64,000 nt of DNA from Gammaproteobacteria bacterium (GTDB taxonomy: Bacteria; Pseudomonadota; Gammaproteobacteria; Arenicellales; Arenicellaceae). This document shows, one piece after another, positions 29,664-38,882 of this stretch. The position numbers and the translations under genes were made by a program. The DNA is taken from assembly GCA_034110505.1 (NCBI GenBank), contig JAWUZB010000031.1, forward strand, positions 4,809 to 68,808, read 5' to 3'. Below the pieces are notes generated by a model. The model was not told the DNA's origin. It worked only from the letters and a program-made list of their open reading frames with translations, and did no database searches. Within the stretch, counting starts at the first letter, position 1. Each line of letters opens with the position of its first letter.

Positions 29664-31958
29664 TCAACTGACCTTTTGGGCTGGGTCGATGTCGTTTGAG
29701 TCGCTCGAATGTAAACTATTTTGGCGGCGATTGCCACGGTAGGTTTTCATTGCGTTTATTGGCAGCCTTAAGTGCATTACGGTACCACCATGACTGCCCT
29801 TACGCGCCCAAACTGAACCACTGTGTTCTTCGACGATACGTTTTACAATTGCCAAGCCTAAGCCCGAGCCTTTTGCCTTTGAACTAACATACGGATCGAA
29901 TAATGATTCACGAATATCTTCCGGAATGCCAGAGCCGTTATCCTCGACCAATACGTCAATGTATTCACCGGTAACTTTTGCGGCCATTTGCGTAGTAATA
30001 GTAATCATTGCTTGGTCAGTTTTTTCAAGCGCATGACTCGCGTTAATAAGCAAATTATTGAGAACCTGACGCAATGCTGATGCGTTGGCTTTAATTTCTG
30101 GCAGCTTGTCATCAAGTTCCAGTTTTATCTCAATCTGATAAAGATGTGAGGTATGCAACTCGACCACGTCGCGGACCAATTGATTGACATCAAGTGGTGC
30201 CAATTTAGCCCTTACCGGCTGCGCATAACTTGAAAAAGCGTTGACCATTTCTTTCATTGACTCTACTTGCTGGACGATAGTGCGGGTGCTGCGATCTAGG
30301 GTTTCCTGCAGATCACCGTCGACATGATCATACAGTTTGAGTTTGATGCGTTCGGCGGAGAGCTGAATCGGAGTTAATGGATTTTTGATTTCGTGAGCAA
30401 GTCTGCGCGCCACTTCGCCCCAAGCTGCATCTCGTTGTGCTTGAATCAGATTGGTAACGTCATCGAACACTATTACGTAGTTCTCAATTGCTTTCACGGC
30501 TTGCGCGTTTGCCTTGAGCAAGTCGTTACTCAAGCTTAACACCGTACCGCGAATTATCAGCATTTGCCGGCCGTGTGTGCCCAGCAGTGTGAGTTCGTCT
30601 TGCCAGTTATTTTGTTTCGACTTTATACCCGTGTTAATTAGCTCAAAAAACTGTTTAGCATGATGGTCTGGTTGACACAATTGATCAGCGCTTTTGCCTA
30701 AAAGTGATTCTTGCTCTAGGCCCAATATTTCGCTTGCGGCGCTGTTACAAATTTGTAATCGCGCATCTTGGTCAAAGGTAAATACACCTGATGAAAGGTT
30801 AGTAAGAACCGCTTCAAGGTAGCCTTTTTGTTGCTCAGTTTCAGTTTGACTTGCCAATGCTACTTGCTGAGCCTCACTAATTTTGCTGCTCATGTTGTTA
30901 AACGATTTGGTTAAAATACCAAGTTCATCAGAGCTTGTAACCGGCAGATGAGAACCGTAGTTGCCTTCGGCGATTTTACGAGTGCCCGAAGCCAAATTCG
31001 AAATTGGCGCAACTAATCTGCGAGATAAGTACACCGCAGTTAGGATTGAAAATAGCAAACTAGCTAGCGAAATTAAGCTTAACGTTACGATTAAGCTGAA
31101 TTTCAAGGGTCCGCGAGCAAACACCATTTGTGCGTATTGATTACTGGCTGTTTCGACGCTGCTAGCCAAGGTGGCATATCTTAACGGTAAAAGTTTTATC
31201 GCTTGGACACCATAAAACTCACGCCCCAGTTGGTTGCCGGCAATTGGCGCTACAACACGAAATTGTTGTATGGTCGGCGAGATCGGCTCTAGCAGGGTAT
31301 AAGTTTGATTCAGTCTTAGTTCTGAGAAGACTTCATCGCCGGGTGTGTTTGGTAAAATATTGGTTTGATCGCTGCTTGAAAATGCCAGCACTCGGCCGTC
31401 ATCGGTATACAGTGATAGCTCAGTAAAGCCGTTAAGCTCACGCAGCTCGCGAATTATACTTAGTAGCTCATTGGCGGGCTTATTTTGATTTTGGCGAATG
31501 TTGACAGCGATCTCTTCAACATCGCGGATTACTTCTTCCTTAATGCCCTCTAGCGCTGATTGGCTGAGCAATAATGAGTCTTTAACAGTTTGCTCGATTC
31601 GAACATCAAACCAACTATCAACACCTTTGTTGAGAAACTGAATAGAGAAAAAATAAATTAGTGAAAATGGAATCACCGTAAGAAAGAAGAATATGACAAC
31701 CATTTTGGCGGTTAGTATTGACCCAATTTCATTTCGCCGATATTGGCTAAGTAACGTATAACCATTACTGATCAGGAAGAATATAAGTGTGGCAATGCCA
31801 AGACCGCCAATAATTGTGATCCAAAATTGTAATTCCCCCGAAGCGTCATCGCTCAGCGATTTAACGATAAGATAGCTCAAGGTAAACAGCAATCCAGTGC
31901 AAACCGAGATTACCGGTAGTGGCGAGGATATTTTTTTTATTATTGATCTGATTGCCAT
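29664..31958 (-). CDS. ntrY: NtrY-like sensor histidine kinase (TM, HAMP, PAS, HisKA, HATPase)
   Basis: DSWFD, SSDELGIL, AWGEVARRLAHEIKNPLTPIQLSAER, GSGLGLAIV. Confidence 0.88.
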   Translation of the reverse strand: MAIRSIIKKISSPLPVISVCTGLLFTLSYLIVKSLSDDASGELQFWITIIGGLGIATLIFFLISNGYTLLSQYRRNEIGSILTAKMVVIFFFLTVIPFSLIYFFSIQFLNKGVDSWFDVRIEQTVKDSLLLSQSALEGIKEEVIRDVEEIAVNIRQNQNKPANELLSIIRELRELNGFTELSLYTDDGRVLAFSSSDQTNILPNTPGDEVFSELRLNQTYTLLEPISPTIQQFRVVAPIAGNQLGREFYGVQAIKLLPLRYATLASSVETASNQYAQMVFARGPLKFSLIVTLSLISLASLLFSILTAVYLSRRLVAPISNLASGTRKIAEGNYGSHLPVTSSDELGILTKSFNNMSSKISEAQQVALASQTETEQQKGYLEAVLTNLSSGVFTFDQDARLQICNSAASEILGLEQESLLGKSADQLCQPDHHAKQFFELINTGIKSKQNNWQDELTLLGTHGRQMLIIRGTVLSLSNDLLKANAQAVKAIENYVIVFDDVTNLIQAQRDAAWGEVARRLAHEIKNPLTPIQLSAERIKLKLYDHVDGDLQETLDRSTRTIVQQVESMKEMVNAFSSYAQPVRAKLAPLDVNQLVRDVVELHTSHLYQIEIKLELDDKLPEIKANASALRQVLNNLLINASHALEKTDQAMITITTQMAAKVTGEYIDVLVEDNGSGIPEDIRESLFDPYVSSKAKGSGLGLAIVKRIVEEHSGSVWARKGSHGGTVMHLRLPINAMKTYRGNRRQNSLHSSDSNDIDPAQKVS

Positions 31959-32500
31959 GACGTCCAGCCAGAGTCTAGGTCCCAGTCGTTGGCTATAAAT
32001 GCAGTTAAGCGCATCGGGCCTGGGAGTTTGGTTTTGCTCAAGCGCAACCTCATCGTGTACTCGGGTGATGAGTGAGACTTTTGCCCTTGGTGCTTAGAAA
32101 TGTATTTGTAAAAATAGCTAAGTGCCGTTTGGCTAATATAGGTCATGGTTTCGCGCGTTGAGCTGAAGATGCGCGGCTCCACTTTATTGCTTTCATGGAC
32201 TAAATAGCGATTCGATAAGGTATGACGTGTGACCACAAATTCGTGGCGGGCGATTTCAGTATGCCAATCAAAAAAGATGAAATGTTTGGCTACCGCATAC
32301 TCGTTTTCAAAGGTTAACGAAACCCCACTGTCGATCGCGGCTTGTACATCGTCGGATAACTCAATTTTTAAACCGTTGCTGTCGTAGCGAATGCTTTGTG
32401 CTCTAGCGGTTTCAACGCTTAGTGAAAATGCTGTACTGAGCATCAACAAGACTATCAGCTTCTTGTTGATTGCATTAGTCTGTCGAAAGGCCGTCAGCAT
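31940..32500 (-). CDS. DUF4390-family exported protein
   Basis: Signal-like segment, AIDSGVSLTF, LPGPMRL...WDLDSGW; conserved position between rsmB and ntrY; start taken at ATG 32500. Confidence 0.75.
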   Translation of the reverse strand: MLTAFRQTNAINKKLIVLLMLSTAFSLSVETARAQSIRYDSNGLKIELSDDVQAAIDSGVSLTFENEYAVAKHFIFFDWHTEIARHEFVVTRHTLSNRYLVHESNKVEPRIFSSTRETMTYISQTALSYFYKYISKHQGQKSHSSPEYTMRLRLSKTKLPGPMRLTAFIANDWDLDSGWTSWQSDQ

Positions 32501-32538
32501 AATTTTGAGTTTTTCGTGCGCAGGTTGATATCGGTGGT

Positions 32539-33861
32539 TTACTGTTTCTGCAATAGACAGTAGTAAAAACCATCCATACCATGCACGCCCGGTAAGGTTT
32601 GTGCTCCATGCTTTAGAGTAAGTGCACAAGGGTGGGGCGTTTTAATCAGCATAACATCGTTTGTTCGTGCTACAAACTTCTTGATTTGTACTTCATTTTC
32701 TCGCGGCAAAACCGAGCATGTCATGTACAGCATGATGCCGCCAGGTTTTAGATGTGACCAAAGTTTGTCTAACAGAGCGGTTTGAATTTTTTCAAGTGCG
32801 TCTATGTCGCTGGGCCGGCGATGATGTTTTATGTCTGGGTGTCGGCGAATTACCCCCAAACCACTGCAAGGAGCGTCTATTAAAATTCGATCATACCCAC
32901 CATTCGGCATTGGCCAACTAGGGTCTGCAGTTGCGTCGGCGGTGAATATGTCGGCTTTTAACTCTAGACGACCGAGGGTTGAATCAAGCTGTTGGCAGCG
33001 ACCTTCGGAGATATCCAGTGCGTGCATATCAATTTTATTATCGCAGCGTTCAAGTATGTGTGCCGTTTTGCCTCCGGGTGCGGCACAGGCATCTAATACT
33101 GACATGCCAATTTTCACGTCAAGTAAGTCGGCACTAATTTGCGCAGCCGTATCTTGAACCGAACATGAACCTTGCTCAAAGCCTGGCAGTAAAGTGACTG
33201 CACAAGGGGAGTCTAAAGTAATGCCGTCGGGGGTGTTTGGGTCAGCTTTTGCATCAATACCGGCGTCGGCAAGCAGCGCAAGATAGTCATCCCGCTTATA
33301 TTGCCGACGATTAACCCTTATGCACATTGGCGGGCGTTGGTTATTGGCGGTAAGAATACGCTTTATATGGTCTGGCCATGCTTTTTGGATTGCCTGTGAG
33401 ATCCATTCTGGATGGCTTAAATGATTGGCATCTTCGGCGACCTCATTTGGCGCTCGTAAGTAGTTTCGCAGACAGCCGTTAATTACATTTTTAGCCCATT
33501 GCTTGTCAAGTTGCTTACAGGCTGAGACAGTCTCATCGACTCCAGCATGTTCGGCTGTATCGAGATGACGTAACTGATATAAGCCAACCAGCAATACAAA
33601 ATGAATTACTCGATCCTTATTGCGTATTGGCGAACGAAGCAGTGTTGCTGCAACGGTATCGAGCTCGCCATACCAGCGGCATACCCCGTAGACCAGTTCT
33701 TGAATGAAGCCCCGATCTTGAGGTGAATACTGCGTGCTTTCAAAAAAATTTGAGAGGGTTATATCGAGAGATTGACCCTTGTCGATGATCTGCCAGCTTA
33801 ACTTAGCCGCCGCTGCGCGTGAGTTGAGGTGCTTAGCCATTGTTTTCATCCCATTTTTCAA
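32539..33861 (-). CDS. rsmB: 16S rRNA m5C967 methyltransferase (true start may be ATG 33840)
   Basis: NusB-like N-domain, VQD, VLDACAAPGGKT, DAPCSGLGVIRRHPD, TCS. Confidence 0.96.
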   Translation of the reverse strand: MKNGMKTMAKHLNSRAAAAKLSWQIIDKGQSLDITLSNFFESTQYSPQDRGFIQELVYGVCRWYGELDTVAATLLRSPIRNKDRVIHFVLLVGLYQLRHLDTAEHAGVDETVSACKQLDKQWAKNVINGCLRNYLRAPNEVAEDANHLSHPEWISQAIQKAWPDHIKRILTANNQRPPMCIRVNRRQYKRDDYLALLADAGIDAKADPNTPDGITLDSPCAVTLLPGFEQGSCSVQDTAAQISADLLDVKIGMSVLDACAAPGGKTAHILERCDNKIDMHALDISEGRCQQLDSTLGRLELKADIFTADATADPSWPMPNGGYDRILIDAPCSGLGVIRRHPDIKHHRRPSDIDALEKIQTALLDKLWSHLKPGGIMLYMTCSVLPRENEVQIKKFVARTNDVMLIKTPHPCALTLKHGAQTLPGVHGMDGFYYCLLQKQ

Positions 33862-34805
33862 GAGTCATTATCATCTACCCATCCCAAGCGGTCGCCGACT
33901 ATCAAGCCATTGTAGCCATTACGAAATTCGCCGTAGCCCATAGGCTTGCTGCCATCGCGCTGCAGGCGCTCTAAGCGTAAAATACCGTCGGCGCAAGCAA
34001 CATCAACACCTAAGTCGCTGCTGGCAACGATGGTTCCTGGTGCTGCTGTTGGCTGCTGGGCTATGGCGCTGGCTTGCCATATTCTAAGTCTAGTTTGATT
34101 GTGTTGAGTCTGACTAACCGGCCAAGGAATAAAGGCTCGTAGTTGCTGTTGTAGATAGCGCGCGGGCTTATTCCAGTCAAGCTCGGACTCAGCTTTGTTG
34201 ATTTTCTTTGCATAGTTCGATTGAGTGTGATCTTGAGGAGTCGGCTGCATTGCTGGGTCAATCTCAAGTGCTGAGAGCGTTTCACAAATACCTCTTGCCC
34301 CTAAAAGAGCTAAGCTATCATGCAGGCTTTGACTGGTATCTGACTGACTAATATCAACCGTTAAAGTATTAAAAACAGGTCCGGTATCAAGGCCTATTTC
34401 CATGCGCATGATACTCACGCCCGTTTCGCTGTCGCCAGCTTCGATGGCTCGTTGAATTGGTGCTGCGCCGCGCCAGCGCGGTAATAACGAGGCATGAATA
34501 TTGAGGCATCCAAGCGTGGGGATATCTAATATTGTTTGCGGTAGCAGCATGCCGTAGGCGACAACCACCATAACGTCAGCGTTAAAGCTCTGCATTAGTT
34601 CGACTTGATCTTTTAAGCTTGTCGGTTGAAATACTGGAACGCCCATTTCCAACGCAACTTGCTTTACCGGTGGCGCGGTGAGTTTTTTGCCGCGACCAGA
34701 CTTTCTGTCTGGCTGTGTAAAAACCGCGGTAATCTGATGTTCGTTTGACAACGCTTTGAGAGCGGCCACAGCAAAGACAGGGGTGCCAGCAAAAATAATT
34801 TTCAT
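33858..34805 (-). CDS. fmt: Methionyl-tRNA formyltransferase
   Basis: IIFAGTPVFA, TQPDRKSGRG, NIHASLLPRWRGAAPIQRAI. Confidence 0.98.
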   Translation of the reverse strand: MKIIFAGTPVFAVAALKALSNEHQITAVFTQPDRKSGRGKKLTAPPVKQVALEMGVPVFQPTSLKDQVELMQSFNADVMVVVAYGMLLPQTILDIPTLGCLNIHASLLPRWRGAAPIQRAIEAGDSETGVSIMRMEIGLDTGPVFNTLTVDISQSDTSQSLHDSLALLGARGICETLSALEIDPAMQPTPQDHTQSNYAKKINKAESELDWNKPARYLQQQLRAFIPWPVSQTQHNQTRLRIWQASAIAQQPTAAPGTIVASSDLGVDVACADGILRLERLQRDGSKPMGYGEFRNGYNGLIVGDRLGWVDDNDS

Positions 34806-34856
34806 GAAGGCGGGTAGACTCTTGCAGCGCAGTTTATGCTGGACATATGATCAAGG

Positions 34857-35360
34857 TTAGTCATTTTCACGGGCACGCTTGACAAGCTTTTTTTTGACAC
34901 GATCTTGTTTTAAACGCGACAAGTAATCGACGAATACCTTGCCGGCTAGATGGTCCATTTCATGTTGAATGCACACCGCTAATAGGCCTTCCGCCTCAAG
35001 CTGGTAAATTTCACCTTGTTCATCTAATGCTGTGATTTTAATGCTCTCGGCTCTCTTTACAGGGGCATAGTACTCGGGAACCGAGAGACAACCTTCGTCG
35101 TAAACTTGCTCGCCATCTTGCTCGATGACCGTTGGGTTAATTAGTACCCTTGGTTCATCGCGTTGGTCTGACAAGTCCATAACAATGACTTGTTTGTGGA
35201 CATCGACCTGAGTTGCTGCAAGGCCGATACCGTTTGCGTCATACATCGTTTCGGTCATATCTTTGACTAACTGACGAATTGAATCGTCAACAACGCCAAC
35301 CGGTTTCGCCACGGTTCTAAGGCGTTGATCGGGGTAAACTAAGATTTCTAAAATAGCCAT
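34857..35360 (-). CDS. def: Peptide deformylase
   Basis: [21 protein letters not shown]. Confidence 0.98.
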   Translation of the reverse strand: MAILEILVYPDQRLRTVAKPVGVVDDSIRQLVKDMTETMYDANGIGLAATQVDVHKQVIVMDLSDQRDEPRVLINPTVIEQDGEQVYDEGCLSVPEYYAPVKRAESIKITALDEQGEIYQLEAEGLLAVCIQHEMDHLAGKVFVDYLSRLKQDRVKKKLVKRAREND

Positions 35361-35850
35361 TCGAGGGCTCACAATACCAAGGGTTGTATCACTAATACTT
35401 AACTTTGCTTACAGTTCCGGGTAAAAATAACGTAAACTGTATTCTGTAATGTTCGCGTAACATACTAAATAAGCTGTATTATTTGCGTTTCAGGCTTGCT
35501 TAAACGCGTGCTTGAGAACTAATCTGTAAGTTCTATATTTAGTAATTTTTTATTAGCGAGAGTTAATTAGAATAAAATTAAGTGAAATAGTTAATAGGAA
35601 ATTTAATAAGAAATTTAATTAAGTAATTAAAAAGAGTTTAAATAAACGGCATACAACAAGTGCAACCATTCGATTATAGGTATTATGCTGGAATCCCAGC
35701 CTACATGCCATGAAAACCAAAAGCGTGAAGCTTGTTTTAGCCTAATTTATAGTTAATGCGGTGATTGTCAGCATCGCTATAATTAAGGTTGAATTTTAAG
35801 TAAACAAATGCAGCCTAACCAGCTAAGCCTATACCGCTAGGCAAATACTA

Positions 35851-36984
35851 ATGATAATAAATAAAACAAACATTAAGATACTAAGCCCTAAAGTAACTTC
35901 TGTCGCCCGCAGTGGCAGGTTTTACCAAGTCATTAAGCAAGCAACTCGCCGGTCGATCCAAGTCTTTTTTGCACTTGCGTTAACTATTAGTGTTGGGGCA
36001 ACGAGTCATGCCGCAACAGATTCTTTGCTGGCAGATTCATACCCTGATCGTTACACCGTCGTAAAAGGCGATACTCTTTGGGGTATTTCGGCAAGATTTT
36101 TGCGCGACCCATGGCGCTGGCCAGAAGTTTGGCAGGGTAACCCTCAAGTAGAGAATCCTGATCTAATTTATCCGGGCGATGTATTGGTTTTAACTTTTGT
36201 TAACGGCCGACCAGTGCTCAAGGCTCTTCGTCGTGAGGCGGTTAAGCTGTCACCATCGCCAAGAGCGACACGATATACAGATGCCATTCCATTGGTTGAT
36301 CCGGCGGCAATTGGGCCATATATCAATTCGCCTTTAGTGACTGACGCGAATGAAATGCAGACGGCTCCTTATGTAGTAGATGGCTTTAACAGTCGTTTAA
36401 CAATGGGTAAGTATGATCAATTTTACGCGCGCGGTATCGAAGATCAGTCAATTCAGAAGTTTCGCGTGTTTAAGCCCGGTCGTCACTTCGTTGACCCATT
36501 CAGTGGTGAAAGCCTTGGTTGGGAAGCTACCCATTTAGGCGATGCTAATTTACTTAAAGAAGGTGATCCAACAAGATTGACCATTACCACCAGCTATGAA
36601 GACATCAATGTCCGAGATCGCTTACGACCGATCCTCGTAGAAGAGGCTCTGCCATTTTTTACTCCAAGGGCGCCTCAGAATGTTAAGCTTCGCGGTGTTA
36701 TTTTGGATACCCCAAACAAATCCGCTGAACTTGGTCCTTTATCGATTGTGGCGATTAATCTAGGCGAGCGTGAGAACCTTCAAGCGGGAGATGTATTAAG
36801 AGTTCGAAGTCAAAAAATACCTAAGAAAGATCCGTATACGGGTGAGAAATATTTCATTCCGGAAGAAAATATTGGTCTTGCCTTGGTGTTTAGAACCTTT
36901 GAAAAAGTTAGCTATGCGATAATCACTGATTCGAATCGTCAAGTCACGGCAGGTGACGTGTTAGTCAGCCCAAACGCAGAGTAG
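35851..36984 (+). CDS. LysM peptidoglycan-binding protein, TsaP-like (start may be later)
   Basis: YTVVKGDTLWGIS..PWRWPEVW..NPDLIYPGD; conserved position between def and dprA. Confidence 0.88.
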   Translation: MIINKTNIKILSPKVTSVARSGRFYQVIKQATRRSIQVFFALALTISVGATSHAATDSLLADSYPDRYTVVKGDTLWGISARFLRDPWRWPEVWQGNPQVENPDLIYPGDVLVLTFVNGRPVLKALRREAVKLSPSPRATRYTDAIPLVDPAAIGPYINSPLVTDANEMQTAPYVVDGFNSRLTMGKYDQFYARGIEDQSIQKFRVFKPGRHFVDPFSGESLGWEATHLGDANLLKEGDPTRLTITTSYEDINVRDRLRPILVEEALPFFTPRAPQNVKLRGVILDTPNKSAELGPLSIVAINLGERENLQAGDVLRVRSQKIPKKDPYTGEKYFIPEENIGLALVFRTFEKVSYAIITDSNRQVTAGDVLVSPNAE

Positions 36985-37054
36985 TAATTTGGCCTGAAGT
37001 GCTTAGCACTTCACGCCGTTTTTAGAGTGACGCTAAAAGAATTAGTGTCGTTTT

Positions 37055-37091
37055 ATGGCCAAGGAGGGTCATTAGTATGCAACAGGATTGC
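37055..37091 (+). promoter_or_regulatory. Two GGA-loop hairpins over the dprA RBS and start (candidate CsrA/RsmA-type sites)
   Basis: atggcc-AAGGAG-ggtcat and gcaa-CAGGA-ttgc. Confidence 0.45.
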
Positions 37092-38234
37092 TTTTTTAAG
37101 CCTCGTCTACCCGACGCTAATGAATGCCAGCTAAAGATCGACCAATCGGCCAATGCCGGATGGTGTCGCTTGATTCGAGATCGACGCTGGAGCAGCGCAC
37201 AAAAACACCAATTAATAGCGCACTTTAAATGCCCTGAGTTAGTCGTGTCAGCTACCCCTGAGCAAGCTCGGCTAGTTTTTTCGGGTCGCCAGCACAGCGC
37301 ATCATCAACCCTAGATAAGTCTATGATTGATGCCGATCTTGGCTGGCTAGATCAACCTTCACATTATCTAATTCCCATCACCGACCCGCGTTACCCAAGC
37401 CTTTTACGGAGGTTAATCGATCCGCCGCTGGCGCTATTTGCAATTGGCGATATCACTCTGCTAAATGAGCCTCAGGTGGCGATAGTGGGGTCACGTAAAC
37501 CGACACCTATTGGCGATAGAATGACACGCTCTATTAGTCGCGGTTTGGCTAGCGTGGGCGTGGTAGTAACTAGCGGTATGGCGCTCGGTATTGATGGCAT
37601 CGCGCATCAAGCGGCATTGCAGTCAGGCGGCTCTAGTATTGCTGTTTTGGGCAATGGGCTGGATACTGTTTATCCATCGCGACATAAGGCCTTGTTTCAA
37701 CATCTGTCTACAGCCGGACTGCTGATATCCGAGTATCCATTAGGCACTCCACCCGCTCGGCATACCTTCCCGCAGCGCAATCGTATCGTCAGCGGCCTGT
37801 CCCATGGAGTAGTTATTGTTGAAGCGGCTGAGCGCAGCGGCACATTGATTACTGCGCGTTTAGCAATGGAGCAAAATAGAGATGTTATGGTAGTGCCTGG
37901 ATCAGCTCTAAGTTCACAGTATCAGGGCTCTCATGAACTGATAAAGCAGGGTGCTGCCTTGGTAACCTGCAGCGATGATGTGCTCTGCTGTCTATCAGAG
38001 CCACTTTCTAGATTCCTACAAGATGCTAATTCTAAAAGACCTGTAAAGCATCTAGAAGTGTTAGTCACTGCAAGCCCTCTGTTGCAATATATTTCAGTCG
38101 AATCAACTTCGGTAGATGAGATAATATTGGGCAGCCAATTGACCTCTGCCGAAGTTTCATCCATGCTGCTTGAGCTGGAGCTTATAGGCGCTGTGGCAAT
38201 TGCTAATGATGGCGGCTATGTGAATTTATCTTGA
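37077..38234 (+). CDS. dprA: DNA-processing protein A
   Basis: VAIVGSR, SGMALGIDGIAH, FPQRNRIVSGLS, VEAAERSGTLITA, C-terminal winged helix. Confidence 0.96.
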   Translation: MQQDCFFKPRLPDANECQLKIDQSANAGWCRLIRDRRWSSAQKHQLIAHFKCPELVVSATPEQARLVFSGRQHSASSTLDKSMIDADLGWLDQPSHYLIPITDPRYPSLLRRLIDPPLALFAIGDITLLNEPQVAIVGSRKPTPIGDRMTRSISRGLASVGVVVTSGMALGIDGIAHQAALQSGGSSIAVLGNGLDTVYPSRHKALFQHLSTAGLLISEYPLGTPPARHTFPQRNRIVSGLSHGVVIVEAAERSGTLITARLAMEQNRDVMVVPGSALSSQYQGSHELIKQGAALVTCSDDVLCCLSEPLSRFLQDANSKRPVKHLEVLVTASPLLQYISVESTSVDEIILGSQLTSAEVSSMLLELELIGAVAIANDGGYVNLS

Positions 38235-38270
38235 CTCAGCCGTAAATTGGCCAGTCTGACAGAGGCAAAA

Positions 38271-38759
38271 ATGAAAGAAGATATGCTCGAAGTACTCATT
38301 TATCTCTTTGAAAATTACATTATTGACGGAGACTCATTTGAGCCAGGCCAAGAGCAATTGGCTAAAGAGTTAGTTAGTGCTGGTTTTCCTGATGGAGAGG
38401 TTAGTAAAGCCTTTGTTTGGCTTGAAGATTTACTAGACGTTTGTGAGCGTGACATCAGTAAAGTTACATGGCAGCCTCAGGCGGCGAGCTCAATTCGTTT
38501 TTATACAGCATCAGAAGCGGCTCGCTTGAAATCCGAGGGACAGTCATTATTAATCCGATTACACAACGCAGGCTTAATCGATCAACTTTCTCGAGAGACC
38601 ATTATTGACCGTGTAATGGCATTAGAATCCGCCGAGGTTACCTTTGATCATATAAAGTGGGTGGTATTAATGGTGTTAAGTAATCAGCCTGGTTTTGCCG
38701 AAATCGCCGAGTGGGCCGAGGTCGTTGTAAGTGAGGATTTGTTACCCGCAATACACTAA
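38271..38759 (+). CDS. smg: Smg/DUF494 protein
   Basis: MLEVLIYLFENY, AGF..AFVWL, RETIIDRVMAL, KWVVLMVL. Confidence 0.9.
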   Translation: MKEDMLEVLIYLFENYIIDGDSFEPGQEQLAKELVSAGFPDGEVSKAFVWLEDLLDVCERDISKVTWQPQAASSIRFYTASEAARLKSEGQSLLIRLHNAGLIDQLSRETIIDRVMALESAEVTFDHIKWVVLMVLSNQPGFAEIAEWAEVVVSEDLLPAIH

Positions 38760-38882
38760 ACCTTGTTTGTCTGCGGCTTATTGTGGATACTCTACACACT
38801 TATCATGTCAAACTTGTCTGTTAGCAACCCGCTTTCAGCCTTTAATACACCATAACTAAGCAATCGAGTTAAGCAATTAAAA

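Noticed and set aside
35400-35850. AT-rich region as a replication origin
   Set aside because: No cluster of DnaA boxes (TTATCCACA) or GATC sites, and no dnaA/gidA context.
38781-38790. DnaA-box-like ttgtggatac upstream of topA
   Set aside because: A single mismatched 9-mer is expected by chance in 64 kb.
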